Source: Chiloscyllium plagiosum | Lineage: Eukaryota | NCBI RefSeq assembly: GCF_004010195.1 | Contig: NC_057718.1 | Span: 47,241,245-47,276,884 of the forward strand | Direction of reading: 5' to 3' | Length of the DNA: 35,640 nucleotides | In this document: one piece after another, positions 10,630 to 22,099 of the stretch | How the letters are laid out: the number at the start of each line of letters is the position of its first letter | How positions within the stretch are numbered: position 1 is the first letter of the stretch | Translations under genes and position numbers: made by a program | The notes under the pieces: generated by a model | The model's input: only the letters and a program-made list of their open reading frames with translations | Databases searched by the model: none | Told to the model about the DNA's origin: nothing

Positions 10630-11160
10630 CCTCAGTCTCTAATAATAGAACCTAGCATTTTCTCTCCTACTAACTAGCTTTTAATTAATCTCCTGTTTTG
10701 TCTCCTCCTCCTTAAATAGTGGGATTAGCTTTGCTACCTTTCTTTTGTACCATTGCAGAATCATAGGAAATTCTGTAAAATCAATTTAATACAGGTGTTA
10801 CCTCTGCACTTACATCTTTGAAAACTTGAGGAGGAAAGCCATTATATCTTGGAGATTTGATGACTTTTTGTGCCTTTAATTTTTCCAGTATCTTTTTTTT
10901 CTCATGAATACCAATTTCTGACTCATGCTAGCTTCTTAGATTCAGACTGTTTCCAGAAAGTTTCTTGTGGCTAGTACTGCAAAGAAAGATACCAAGTATT
11001 TGTAAAATGGCTTTGTCATTTACTAGTTCGTTCTAAACTCTGCTGTTTTTACTGAAAGGACCTGTTTATTTTCACTACTCTCTTCCTTTTCATGTATCTG
11101 TGGAAAGATTTGCAATGTGTTTCTTGTCGGTTTTCACACATTCTTTTTCCCTTTATCAAT
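10630..11160 (-). mobile_element. Old CR1 LINE internal fragment
   Basis: Decayed resemblance to the CR1 ORF2 segments at 2520-2800 and 28310-28560 (TCTCCTGTTTTGTCTCCTCCTCCTTAAATAGTGGG). Confidence 0.55.
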
Positions 11161-11599
11161 TTTGTAGTGAGATCAAAACAATTGTGAATGTAACAAGGGG
11201 GTGGGGAACAGAATAATGAACAAGCAATTTAAAAAATTGTAGAAGGAGAGTAGTGTGGATCTTGCAGCTGCTCCTGAGTTGGAGGTTTTCCTTGGGATTT
11301 TCCCCTCTGGTTTTTCTAGAGCAGGAGAAAATTTTTCATTTAAAATTTTTCTTGTAACTTTTATAGTCCAAAAGAAAAAAAAAGTGAGGGCGGAGAAATT
11401 GGATTACACAGAATTTGTTGGAGAGACCTGTCCATGTGTTTGTCTAGGTGTTGACAGCACTAGAGAGAGAATGCTTTTACTGTTGCACAGAACTATTTTT
11501 CATTTGCTGGGAATTTCAGCTAAGTGTTTTTTTTTCTCTTTTGCACGTTTTAAATTTAAAATCTGTGGTAAGGGAAGAGTAGTTTTTTATTGAGGAGAA

Positions 11600-13912
11600 G
11601 TTCTTTTTAGAACTTCTTTTAGGCCTTATCCTATACGATATAGTTTTTAAGTTCTCCCTACATTAGTGTTTGTAGACTAATTGCTGTTGACACACTGATT
11701 TGAGAAAAGTGGGGTCTTTTCAGTCAAATCTAAGTGAGCAAATTTTAACGGGGAATTATGGCAGTCCATGGCATGTTGTGTTCCTCCTGTCAGAACTGGA
11801 AGATTAGAGAACAGTTGACCGTCCCTGGATGCTGTGTCTGCAGGAGGTGTTTTTGGATCCATCTCATTTCAAACTGCTTGGATTGGCTGGAGAGGCAATT
11901 AGAGTCACTGAGGAGCATGCAGGAGACACAAAGTGTGATGGTTAATCGTTTTAGAGAGGTGGTTACATTGCAGATTCCGTGAGATAGATGGCTGACTGTC
12001 AGGAGAGGTAAGAAGGTAGTTCAGGAGTCTCCTGTGGTTATTTCTTTCTCAAACAGATATACTGTTTTGGGTTCTATTCGGGGGATAGCCTCTCAGAAGA
12101 AAATAGGTGGCAGCCAGATCTTGGGCACCAAGAATGAATTATATATTAAGCAGGGTTTGTCAGTGTTCAAGAGGAATTGTTATAGGGCACAGATAGAAGA
12201 ATTGATTGGCGTAGACTGTTCACAGCGAAAAGGATGACTGTCAAGTGGGAGGCTTTTAAAAGTGAAATAATGAGATTTCAGAGGCGTTATGTTCCTGTTA
12301 AATTGAAGGGTAAGGCTACTAGGAGTAAGGGACAATGTATGAGTAAAGATATTGAGGCTCTATTCAAGAATAAGAAGGATCATATATTAGGTATAGGCAG
12401 CTGGGATCAAGTGAATCTCTTGAAGAGTCTGGAATCTGGAGGGTGGTTAATGATGTGCCTTTATTTAAGAGGCTGTAAGGAGAAGCCTAGGAACTGTAGA
12501 CCTGTGAGTCTGACATCAGTGGTGGTAAAGTTGTAGCACGGGATTCCTAGAGGGGATTTACGTGCATTTGGAGAGGCAAGCACTGATTAGGGATAGTCAA
12601 AATGGATTTGTCCGTGGGAAATCATGTCTCACAAACTTGATTGAGTTTTTTGAGCATGTAACCAAAAAGATTGAGGGCAGAGATATAAATATTGTTTACT
12701 TGGACTTTAATAAAGCCTTTGACAAGGTTCCACATAATAGATTAATTAGTGAAGTTAGATCACTTTGGATTTAGGAAGAGCTTGCCGATTGAATACAAAA
12801 TTGACTTTATGGTAGGAGACAGAGGGTGAGGGTTGTTTTTCGGGATTGAGATCTGTGACCAGCGATGTTCCGCACGGATTGGTGCTGGGACCACTCTTGT
12901 AATTTATATAAATGATTTGGATGAGAATATAGGAGGCATGGTTAGTAAGTTTGCAGTTAACGTCAAAATTAGTGATATAGTGGAGAGTGAAGAAGGTTAT
13001 CTAAGATTACAGAGAGATCTTTTTTTCGGAAGGTCGGTGTGGACTTGGGCCAAAGGGCCTGTTTCCACACTGTAGGTAATCTTAAAAAAGAAATTGGGCA
13101 AATGGGCTGAGGAGTGGCAGATGGAGTTTAAGTTGGATAAATGTGAGATATTGTATTTTGGTACAACAAACAAGGGCAGAACTTGTATAAATAATGGTAG
13201 GTCCTGGGTAGTGTTGTAGAACAGAGACAACTAGGGGTTCAGGTACCTGGTTCTTTGAAAGTTGCATCATAGGGTGGTTAAGAAGGCTTTTAACACACTT
13301 GCCTTCATTGCTCAGATCATTTTAGAATTGGAGTTGGGACGTCATATTGAGGTTATACAGGACATTGGTGAGGCCACTTTTGGGGTACCATTCTGTTCTG
13401 GTTGCCCTATTATAGGAAGATATTATTAAACTGCAGAGGGTTCAGTGAAGATTTACCAGGATGTTGCCAAAACTAGAGGATTTGCATCATAACGATGGGA
13501 TGTATAGGCTGGGGCTTATTTCACAGGAGTGTAGGAGATTGGCATTATAGAGGTTTATAAACTCATGAAAGGCATAGATAAAATGAATAGCAGAGGTCTT
13601 TTCACTAGAGTGGGTGAGTTCAAAACAAAGGGGCATATTTTCAAGGTGAGAGGAGAAAAACTTAAAAGGGACCCGAGGGGCAACCTTTTCACATAGAGGG
13701 CGGTTTGTATGTGGAATGTCAGAGGAAGTGGTAGATGCTGGCACAGCTACAGTATTTAAATGACGTTTGGCTCGGTACATGAATTGGAAAGGTTTAGAAG
13801 GATATGGGCCAAATGCAGGCTGGTGGGACTGCTTTAGTCTGGAAAACATGGCCAGCATGGACGAGTTGGACCACAGGGTCTGTTTCCATGTTGCGTGAAT
13901 CTGTGACTCTAT
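11600..13912 (+). mobile_element. CR1 LINE of a second subfamily: ORF1 zinc finger kept, esterase and endonuclease deleted, decayed RT and 3' tail (5' boundary uncertain)
   Basis: 11758-11982 has CSSC..CRRC plus a coiled coil homologous to the ORF1 near 30765; SNRYTVL motif; WEAFKSEI; QNGFVRGKSCLTNLIEFFE; YLDFNKAFDKVPH; YINDL; tail ending TGTGACTCTAT. Confidence 0.9.
13022..13090 (+). mobile_element. HE1 SINE 3' tail inserted into the CR1 RT region
   Basis: TTCGGAAGGTCGGTGTGGACTTGGGCCAAAGGGCCTGTTTCCACACTGTAGG matches 34823-34878 and interrupts LQRDL|..LG.WAEEWQMEF. Confidence 0.8.
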
Positions 13913-15014
13913 AATAATGTCTGTTTTGAGGTTCTCTGTTCTCTGAACTACTTTTTGGTGTTGAGAAGGAATCATAGCTGAATAAAGAGTTAAAGCATCT
14001 AGTGGAAGTTTTGGAGGAGTTGGAAAAAAAAATGTAAAACAGTATTTTATAGAGGTAAATGTGGCCTCCTTGGCTATCTTTTAACTGAAATGGTGATCAG
14101 GGTCATCTCCGTTCACCCAGGCGATGGCCACAATATCTCTAACTCAATTTTCTGCTCTGTGGGTTTCCAAAAACTGGTGTAACAGCTTTGGCAGGGAGCT
14201 TTCACATATTCAGCTGCTCAAAACCATCTCTCAGAAAGCATGGTTCAATAAAACCGCTTTAATTCTGGCTCTGCCCTGATAGATTAGCTTTTCATGAAAC
14301 CTCAGTTCCATTCAATATCAGCTTGAACAAAGGGTCTCTTCCAGACTGGCTGGAACCAAATTCCAGTTACCGACCTCATTAATAATTTTGGCTATCTGTT
14401 TAAATTCTTTGCTCTTCCTGGAGTCGCTGTATCTGTTACAATGTTTTAATTCAAGGCTTAGCCTACAGTAAGCAAACGGACTTGGCCTCACAAACAAACA
14501 AAGCTTGTATGGTGTGTTTTTTCCCTTTTACCAAAAGCTGTCTCAAAGTCCACAAGTCATTTCCAGCTCAATTCAAAATTGATAAAATAAAAATAATGAA
14601 AAATCAGCAAGGATTCTAACAATGGTCCATCACCTCTGTTCCCTCACTGAGTGGGGGAATGCATTGATTTAACTGGTCGTCTCCGTTTTCTGATATCAAT
14701 GTAAAATGACCACCAACTGGACTTTTAGTAATGGAAATTGGCTACCTATTTTCTAGGAGCAGGTAACCTCTTCACTTTCAGTCCTATTGTCAAAAACACA
14801 TCCCAAGGATTTTGCTGCCTATTTCACTGACCCTGCCTCCACTGCTGTCTGGGGAGTAGAATTCTACAAGACTTAACCCCTTGAGGAATAAAACATCTCC
14901 ACATCTCCATCTTCAATGAGAGATCCCTTATTTTTAAACTATGACCCTGATTGTAGTTTTTCCCAGAAGGGCAAATGTTAGTATTACATTAGGCAAGTCG
15001 TCTCCTCAGCAACA

Positions 15015-15495
15015 TATGCAGCATTGAAGGGAATGGAAAGAAAGTTCACTGGGCTGATTCTAGGTATGGGGAAGAGCTTGAGTTATAATGGGTTTGTACT
15101 TGTTGAAATATAAAAGAATGAGAGATGACCTGCTTGAAATGTGCAACATTTTAAGCAACGTGGGACAGGCTAAATGTAGGAGTCTCCCCTTGTGGGAGAG
15201 TCTAGGACTCAAGAGCATAGTCCCAGAATAAGGGGTCACTGATTTAAAACAGATGTAGAGGAATTTCTTCTTTCAGAGGGTTGTGAATCTGTGGAATTGT
15301 TCAGAGTGATGTAGAGTCTGGGACATTAAGTATGTTCAGATAGATAGATTTTTAATCAGTAAGGGAAACTAGGGTAATGGGGAAAAGGCAAGAAGGTGGA
15401 GTTGAGGATTATCAAATCCACCATGATCTCATTGAACGTTAGAGCAGACTTGATGGGCTGAATGGCCTGCTTTTGCCTTTAGGTTTTATGGCTAT
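15015..15495 (+). mobile_element. Old CR1 LINE 3' end
   Basis: AAAGTTCACTGGGCTGATTC, GGAATTTCTTCTTTCAGAGGGTTGTGAATCTGTGGAAT and the GATGGGCTGAATGGCCT tail. Confidence 0.8.
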
Positions 15496-16809
15496 AAAAA
15501 TGTAAGTTTTTTTCTTTTTTCCTCTGTGTATTAGGTTTGATTAAATAACAGTAGTTTTATGTCTTTGTTGGACAGTACAGTTAACAGGTGTCTGTAGTAT
15601 TAACCTGATACAAGACATGAAAAATGGATGAGTATCTGAAATAGGATTCCATTTCTGCACATCCTGCTAGCGTGGGCATTTGGTCTCACTTGCCACTAAA
15701 ATGAGCATCTAGAAAGTTTAGTGAAGCTTTCAAACCATATCTCATTATCAACTAATCTCCAAGGAAGTACTGACTGAAAGTTTGTGGGCTCCATTCCTGG
15801 TGGTTATGCCAGGATTGCGCCATCAATTTTCTCCAGTGTTGTTTGTTCTGGAGTTTGTAGTCAATGAAAGGGCACCCTTATTAACATGGACTTGTGGGTA
15901 CCCCAAATGCTATGTCCACCTGCTTATCTGGTGTAGCTAGAATCTGCCAGATATTTAGAAGTGGAGATTTGGGGTGGTCTAGGTAGCAATTCCAAAATTG
16001 CATTTGTTGCTCCCTGTTAAAGGGACTAATACTATACTACCTTCTGGGATGCAGTTTTTTCCCTGCTCAGATTGACATCCTCTACCCCACTGCCCTCATT
16101 TGTCTTTCTAAAGGGAGGTGTTCGTCACGTGACCGAACATCTTGGCTTCTCAACTGGCTCCATTATGGGTCAGAGAAGATAGAGTCCACAGCACAGAGAG
16201 TTCTGGCTTTACCTCCTTCAATATTCAGGTCTTGACATTCCTGAGCCTTTCCAAGGAGTGTTCACCAGAGTTACATTTGGGGTCAATTGGAAAGGCTCAG
16301 GAAATTTTGAGTTTGAGCAAATCAGCAGCCTTTTTTTTCATAAGTGTGGATTCAAAAAATATAACTCAGAAATTGGGGAAGGTTCTGTCCTGTGAAACTA
16401 CTTATTTTACTATTTTTATCTGTTCCCCTTTTAGTTTAGCTACCCCATCCCCCACTGCCTGCCCTTCATTGTTGTCTCTCTCTACATTTCGTTTTTTTTC
16501 TCCGTTTGCATCAGTGAAACTTAATGATTAGCTGCTGCTAATTAGCTAATGGTTATGATCTTATAATTTCTGTCTCCTCAGATTTCTGTCAAATATTGCA
16601 CACCTTTAGCACTACACTTGCAAACCAATTGCATGAAAGGTATATATGTTTGATCGTAGCTAACCATTTCATTTGGGATTCCATCAAAGTTGCTGGAAGA
16701 GAGAGAGTTCTCAGACAGTCTTGTCGAAATTAAGTTTAATGATAAATATACTTGAGTTTACCCTTTCTTTTGAGTTCTCCCTATTTAAGATGTGTTTCTC
16801 TTTTAACAG

Positions 16810-17022
16810 GAATATGAAAGATTGGAACAGGAAAATACTGCTTTAAAAAGGGAAATAAGGAAACTTAGTGAAGAAGTGAAACATTTATCAGAAGTGTTGA
16901 AAGATCATGAACGCATTTGCCCGCTGATACAGTGTGCCATGAACTTTGTCACAATGCCTCGGCCTCACTCTGATGGACTCGCCAGCTGTTTACCACGTCG
17001 TAGTCAAAGCGAAGTCTCTTAA
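16810..17022 (+). CDS. BATF3: Terminal coding exon of BATF3 (basic leucine zipper ATF-like transcription factor 3): leucine zipper and C-terminus
   Basis: Pyrimidine tract and AG acceptor (TTTCTCTTTTAACAG, AG at 16808-16809), phase 0. Translates EYERLEQENTALKREIRKLSEEVKHLSEVLKDHERICPLIQCAMNFVTMPRPHSDGLASCLPRRSQSEVS*. This closely matches the recalled human last exon EYESLEQENTMLRREIGKLTEELKHLTEALKEHEKMCPLLLCPMNFV...VAGCLPR. Confidence 0.95.
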   Translation, partial: EYERLEQENTALKREIRKLSEEVKHLSEVLKDHERICPLIQCAMNFVTMPRPHSDGLASCLPRRSQSEVS

Positions 17023-17549
17023 ATGGCACTGAAATTGCAAGATTTTATTTTATCACGGAAGATTCTGATACATTGTCAAATGTTGAATGTGTTTGATTGT
17101 TTTTTTTTGATGCAGAGTTGTGAGGACATTATTTATGAGATGTTGGACCATATTATGAACTACATGATGCTGCTGTGATCCTGTGCACTGTAATGTCAAG
17201 TCTAAAGACACAGACAAACTTATAAGGATATAAACAACATGGAGTATGGTGAGACTTGTGGAAGAATCTGACAAGAAGTTGGAAAGGACGAAAATTATAT
17301 TGCAAGCAACTCATTCTTTTATCCAGCTCCAGAGAGGTGTGGCAAGTTTTTCACTAGATGCCACTGCATTGCTAATTAATGGAGTTGTTAAATGCCTTAT
17401 TATGTCACAATTCACCTCATCAATATTCAGATTCCTATCTTAACTAAATACTTGATGCCTCGTTTTTTTCAATGTATTTTGCTAAGGACATCAGAGAGGG
17501 TATATGACAACTTCAGCTTGCTATTTGGCAGCAACATCTCAGGGCACAT

Positions 17550-18650
17550 TCTATGCTCACCATATTCACAGACATTGACATCCAATATGTGCCAGTCTCT
17601 AGGACTCCTAATGGCACATCTCCAATCCACTTACAAGACTCTTCAGCACATCATTACTGCACCTCAGGCTGCACTGGCATCTGTCACTTCAATGCTGCTG
17701 CAAGGACATTGTACATTCAGGGAAATGCACCCAGCTCATGGACTGGGCCAGGCTGTAGCTCCAGCCTGTTTGCTTCCTGTTACAGTGATCACTCAATCTG
17801 AGCCTCTCTGAATGCTCTTAATATCCCTGTCTTGCACTGCTTTGCCTTCCCTTTTTGCACCGTGTTCCCTCCGCCAGCGATACCAGGCTTATAGTGTTGC
17901 TGTATTGCTTTGCCATTTAGTACAGACACAATGTCAGGAAAATTGTCATGGAAGTCAGCAATCCTCAGTTAAGATAAGAGTGGTAGCTTTATCTCAGGGA
18001 TCCCAGAACAATAAGTCAAGGGCAGCCTTTGATATCAGTCCACTGGCTTGGACAGGGTCGGTCAACCATTGGGGGCCATCAGGGTGTAATAAGTGAGGAG
18101 CCAAATGTCAGGCGGGTCACCCACCTTGACTATCTCTATCCTACTGATGACTTTTGTCTTCCTGGATTGAGAGCGAGAGAGATGATTGTGGAGATCCATT
18201 AATGGAAATGAAAGCAGGTGGCAAGCTTCGGGGAGGGAGCAGAGAGCTATTGCTTTCAGAGATTGGAGTGGTTGAAAGTAAGCGGATGAGAGAAGATGTT
18301 GCAGGTACTTGAGAGTAGCAGAGCCTTGATAGGCATGGGTACAGGGATAGAGTGAATATGTGGTACAAAAGAGAAGCTGGTATCACTGATACTCACTGTG
18401 TGGAGAAGCACCTTCCTACAAAGCTGGGCCATTCACCAGATGGCTGAGACTGCACTGACCCAGGCTGCAACCCAGAGCAGTCTGGAATGGTGTGCTATTG
18501 TGGCTTCCTCTGCTGGTCCCAATGGAAGAGGGCTGTGCACTACCCCTTCCAGTAGGACATACAAGTCCCAGCCCAGAATGTGGGTGCCCATTTTCCCTTG
18601 CTTGTCATGTCCAAAGCACATGTCAGAGACCATGCAGGGCATGCTACTGT
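17550..18650 (-). mobile_element. Decayed PIF/Harbinger element carrying a Myb/SANT-like (NAIF1-type) accessory ORF relic
   Basis: The minus strand at about 18395-18602 reads QGKMGTHILGWDLYVLLEGVV...VAAWVSAVSAIW*MAQLCRK, fitting the F...DL.VL..GV...W..VA..VSAV...QCRK pattern. The block is GC-richer than its flanks. Confidence 0.55.
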
Positions 18651-18893
18651 GATCCTGTGCTATCCTTGCATAAAAAAGACAGAATCTGAGAGTGGTTTAC
18701 TTGGTGATTTGAATGGATTATACACTCATTGACTTGCAGCTAGAAACCATTATTTCATGAAATGTAGCCCTGATGTTATAACTGACCTTTATACTATGAC
18801 TTTACACACTGGTTCCTCTGAAACATTTTGGGTATTATCATTTGAGCACCTAATAGTCATTGAATGTTTCTGTCTGTTAAATACCGTGAATAG

Positions 18894-20037
18894 TGTTATG
18901 AAGTTGAAGGCAGGTACTGTACCTTTTAAGAGAGTGTGAATGCTGTGTTGCACTAAGAGTTTACAAGCACCTGTCATATGACTAACTAGCAATCTCAAAG
19001 TGTACTAAAAAATTGAAAATATGTAACATTTAGCTGTGAAATAGATACCTGAGTTGGTTGCTGTTTTGACAACAATTTGAATCTAGCCAATTGGTTTAAA
19101 TTATGTCCCAGATACTAAAGCCAATTGTCATAGAGTCATAGAGATGTACCGCATGGAAACAGACCCTTCGGTCCAACCCGTCCATGCCAACCAGATATCC
19201 CAACCCAGTCTAGTCTCACCTGCCAGCACCCAGCCCATATCACTCCAAACCCTTCCTATTCATATACCCATCCAAATGCCTTTTAAATGTTGCAATTGTA
19301 CTAGCCTCCACCACATCCTCTGGCAGCTCATTCCATTCACATACCACCCTCTAGTTCTGGACTCCCCAACCCCAGGGAAAAGACTTTGCCTATTTATTCT
19401 ATCCATGCCCCTCATAATTTAAGGTCACCCCTCAGCCTCCGACGCTCCATGGAAAACAGCCCCAGCCTGTTCAGCCTCTCCCTGTAGCTCAGATCCTCCA
19501 ACCCTAGCAACATCCTTGTAAATCTTTTCTGAACCCTTTCAAGTTTCACAACATCTTTGTTTTGCCAACCAATGAGATGATCCGATGTTGAGGGGATAAA
19601 AAAGATAGGCATTTTGAAAGTCAGACAGAGTAACTGCCATCAAGACAGACCCAAACACAGTCTATCAAAGATACCTTTTCATATATAAAAAAAAATTGAC
19701 AATAAAAGAAGGGGAGATCTTCAGCTGGAAGAAGAGACACCAATAACAACAGCCACTGTATGGTTTTGAAATTAAGTTGATGTAATTTTAATAAGTGTTT
19801 TTATTGGAACAGTATATTGTTATACAGTTGGAGGCAGATAATCAGTTAAGAGAAAGGGGGGCTTCGAGTTGTGAGTTGTTTAATATTCACTTTTAGAGTT
19901 AAGGAATAAATTGATATTACTTTCTTTAAATAGTGGAATTTGTGGTGTTCTCTGTCACTCATACTTTAACAAATTACGAGGTGAGGTGAGCTTTCCTTGG
20001 TTTAATTAGCAGAAGGGGTTACCGCCGTGTTGTAACA
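18894..20037 (+). repeat. 5' LTR (contains a CR1 insertion)
   Basis: Starts TGTTATGA, ends TTGTAACA, and is colinear with 24991-25855. Confidence 0.9.
19128..19557 (-). mobile_element. 5'-truncated HER1/CR1 LINE inside the 5' LTR
   Basis: TCATAGAGTCATAGAG tail, near identical to 27201 onward, and absent from the 3' LTR. Confidence 0.92.
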
Positions 20038-20040
20038 GTT

Positions 20041-20062
20041 TGGGGGTTTGGGTCGGGGATTT
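20041..20062 (+). promoter_or_regulatory. Degenerate primer-binding site, tRNA-Pro-like
   Basis: TGGGGGTTTGGGTCGGGGATTT lies 3 nt after the LTR end and resembles TGGGGGCTCGTCCGGGAT, the complement of the tRNA-Pro 3' end. Confidence 0.65.
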
Positions 20063-20242
20063 GGACAGGCTTAGACAAATCCAGTCTGACATATGGACAG
20101 ATTGAAATAGATTTGGGGTATGAAAGATCCCTGCAAATTTAAACACTTGCCAATTAGTGTCCTAGATCTTTAAATAAAACATAGGTGAGACAATTTGTTT
20201 AATTTCAGTTACTTGTGGTTGATTAAATTAAAAGTTAAAGAA

Positions 20243-21570
20243 TTGGATCTTAAAATTGCTAAAGAGGTTCTGGAGTTTGAAGATGATTCCCAAATTTGCA
20301 AAGAAAGTTTAGAGAGACAGAAGAAGGCCATACTTTAGAATTAGCAAATAGGTTAGAATTGGGTCTAACCAGGGATAGAAGTAAAGTTGAAATTGTAAGG
20401 GATTTAGTCAAACGCTTGTGTGTCAGAGAAGCAGGCAAGTGCAGTAGAGTTAGAAAAACTTAAATTACAAATGAGGCAAATGCAATTAGAGGATAAAGAA
20501 AAAGGAAGAAGAGCAGTGAGAGAAGAGAGAAAGAAAAAGAAAAAAGAGAAAGGGAGAGAGAATTTGAACTTTAGAAGTTGCAAATTAGTCAGGAAAGTCA
20601 AGTTAACAGGATGGAGATGAAGAGCGATGGTATTGATATATACAAATATGTTAACATATTGCAGCATTTTGATGAGAAAAATGTTGAAGCCTTCTTTATT
20701 TCACTAGAAAAGATTGGCTAGGCAGATGAAGTCATCATAGAACTTGTGGGTAATGCTAGTTCAAACTAAGCTGGTAGGCAGAGCCAGTGAGGTATTTGCA
20801 GCGCTGTCAGATGAGGGATCAAGAGATTATGAAGATGTCAAGCAAGCTATTTTGGGTGCTTATGAATTGGTACCAGAAGCATATAGACAGCAGTTTAGGA
20901 ACATAAAGAAGGAACCAGGTCCGACTTATGTTGAGTTTAAAAGAATTAAACATAGTAATTTTGATAACTGCGTGCAGGCCTTAAAAATAGATAAGACCTA
21001 TGAGGCTGTAAGAGAGATTACTCTGCTGGAGGAGTTTAAAAATGCACTTCCAGAGATGATAAGAATTTGTGAATGAACAAAATTGAAGAAGTGAGAAGAG
21101 CAGCAGAGATGGCAGATGAATATGCGTTGGTGCATAAGGTGAAGTTTAGCTTCAGGCAAGAATTTCATCCTGTAAGGGATAGAAATTGGGAGAAGGGGAG
21201 GTCCTACACTACAAAACAAAGAGTAGAACACTCTGGTAATTGTTTACCACAGGATAACAAGCTCAAGAGGGTGGAAAAGAGGTGAAAGGCCTCCAGTGTT
21301 TTCATTGTAATGGAGTGGGACACAGAAAATTACTGTGCCAGTAGTTTAAGAAAGGCACTGGGAAAAGGTGTTTTCATTGCCAGAAGGTGGTACATGTAAA
21401 ATCACCATGCTGGTCGTTAAAGAAAGGTGCTGTGGTAAAAGATGTGGTAAAAGAGGTAAGCCAGTGGTATTAGTGAAAGTAGTAAAGGAAACCCCAAGAA
21501 AATTCGAAGAGCTGCAGGTGAGTGCACAGCTTAGGCAGGGGCTGGGTATGGAGTTATTGCCTGATCTCTA
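20243..21570 (+). pseudogene. gag relic: coiled coil, SCAN-related capsid region and two CCHC knuckles
   Basis: LVGRASEVFAALS..DYEDVKQAILGAYELVPEAYRQQFRN; LLEEFKNALP; CFHCNGVGHRKLLC (21297-21338) and CFHCQKVVHVKSPC (21369-21410); many stops and frameshifts. Confidence 0.88.
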
Positions 21571-21574
21571 AAAA

Positions 21575-21900
21575 CAATTTGCCTCTGTGGGTAAAGTTTA
21601 CTCAGAAAGAACAGGGGGAGCCAGGAAAGAAGTTATAATTTTGAGAGATACAGGATCTTATTAGTCTGTAATAGTAAGAGATGAACATATTTGCACTCTT
21701 TCTGATCTGTTACCCAAGAGAGTGGTAATTTGTGGGTTAGTTGGACAGATATTTAGTGTTTCCCTATGTTAGATCAAGTTGGAGTGCCAACTCAAGACTG
21801 GGGAAGTAACAGTCGGAGTGATTGACAGTCACTTACAGGAATCCAGTTTGTTTTTGGGAATGATTTAGCAGGATCCAAGGTGGGAGTGATGCCTTTGTTG
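21575..21900 (+). pseudogene. Aspartic protease relic
   Basis: ILRDTGS (DTG at 21647-21655) and a downstream GNDLAG motif. Confidence 0.85.
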
Positions 21901-22099
21901 TGGAGAAGTCAAAGGAAGACCAAGAAACTGAGGAGTTAAAAGAAAACTACCCAGAATCTTTCCAGACCATGTGGTAACAAGATCCCATTATCATGAGTCA
22001 CAGCATGAAACAAAAACTAAAGAGAAACATGAAGGAGTTGAGGTTCAGTTAGTGGATACTAACTTGATGTAATAGTGCAGGAAAAAGCCTGAACAGGCA

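Noticed and set aside
11189..14620. Possible additional LTR (TGTAACA...CTAACA) split by the CR1 at 11600-13912
   Set aside because: No convincing TSD, PBS or second copy in the window.
16142..16531. 129-aa ORF upstream of the BATF3 exon
   Set aside because: Non-ATG start, low complexity, no recognisable homology; intronic.
1..16809. Upstream BATF3 exon encoding the basic region (RRREKNRVAAQRSR-like)
   Set aside because: Not found by eye; it probably lies 5' of the window.
17392..18096. Several 80-140 aa plus-strand ORFs after the BATF3 stop
   Set aside because: No host-protein similarity; they overlap the probable Harbinger relic.
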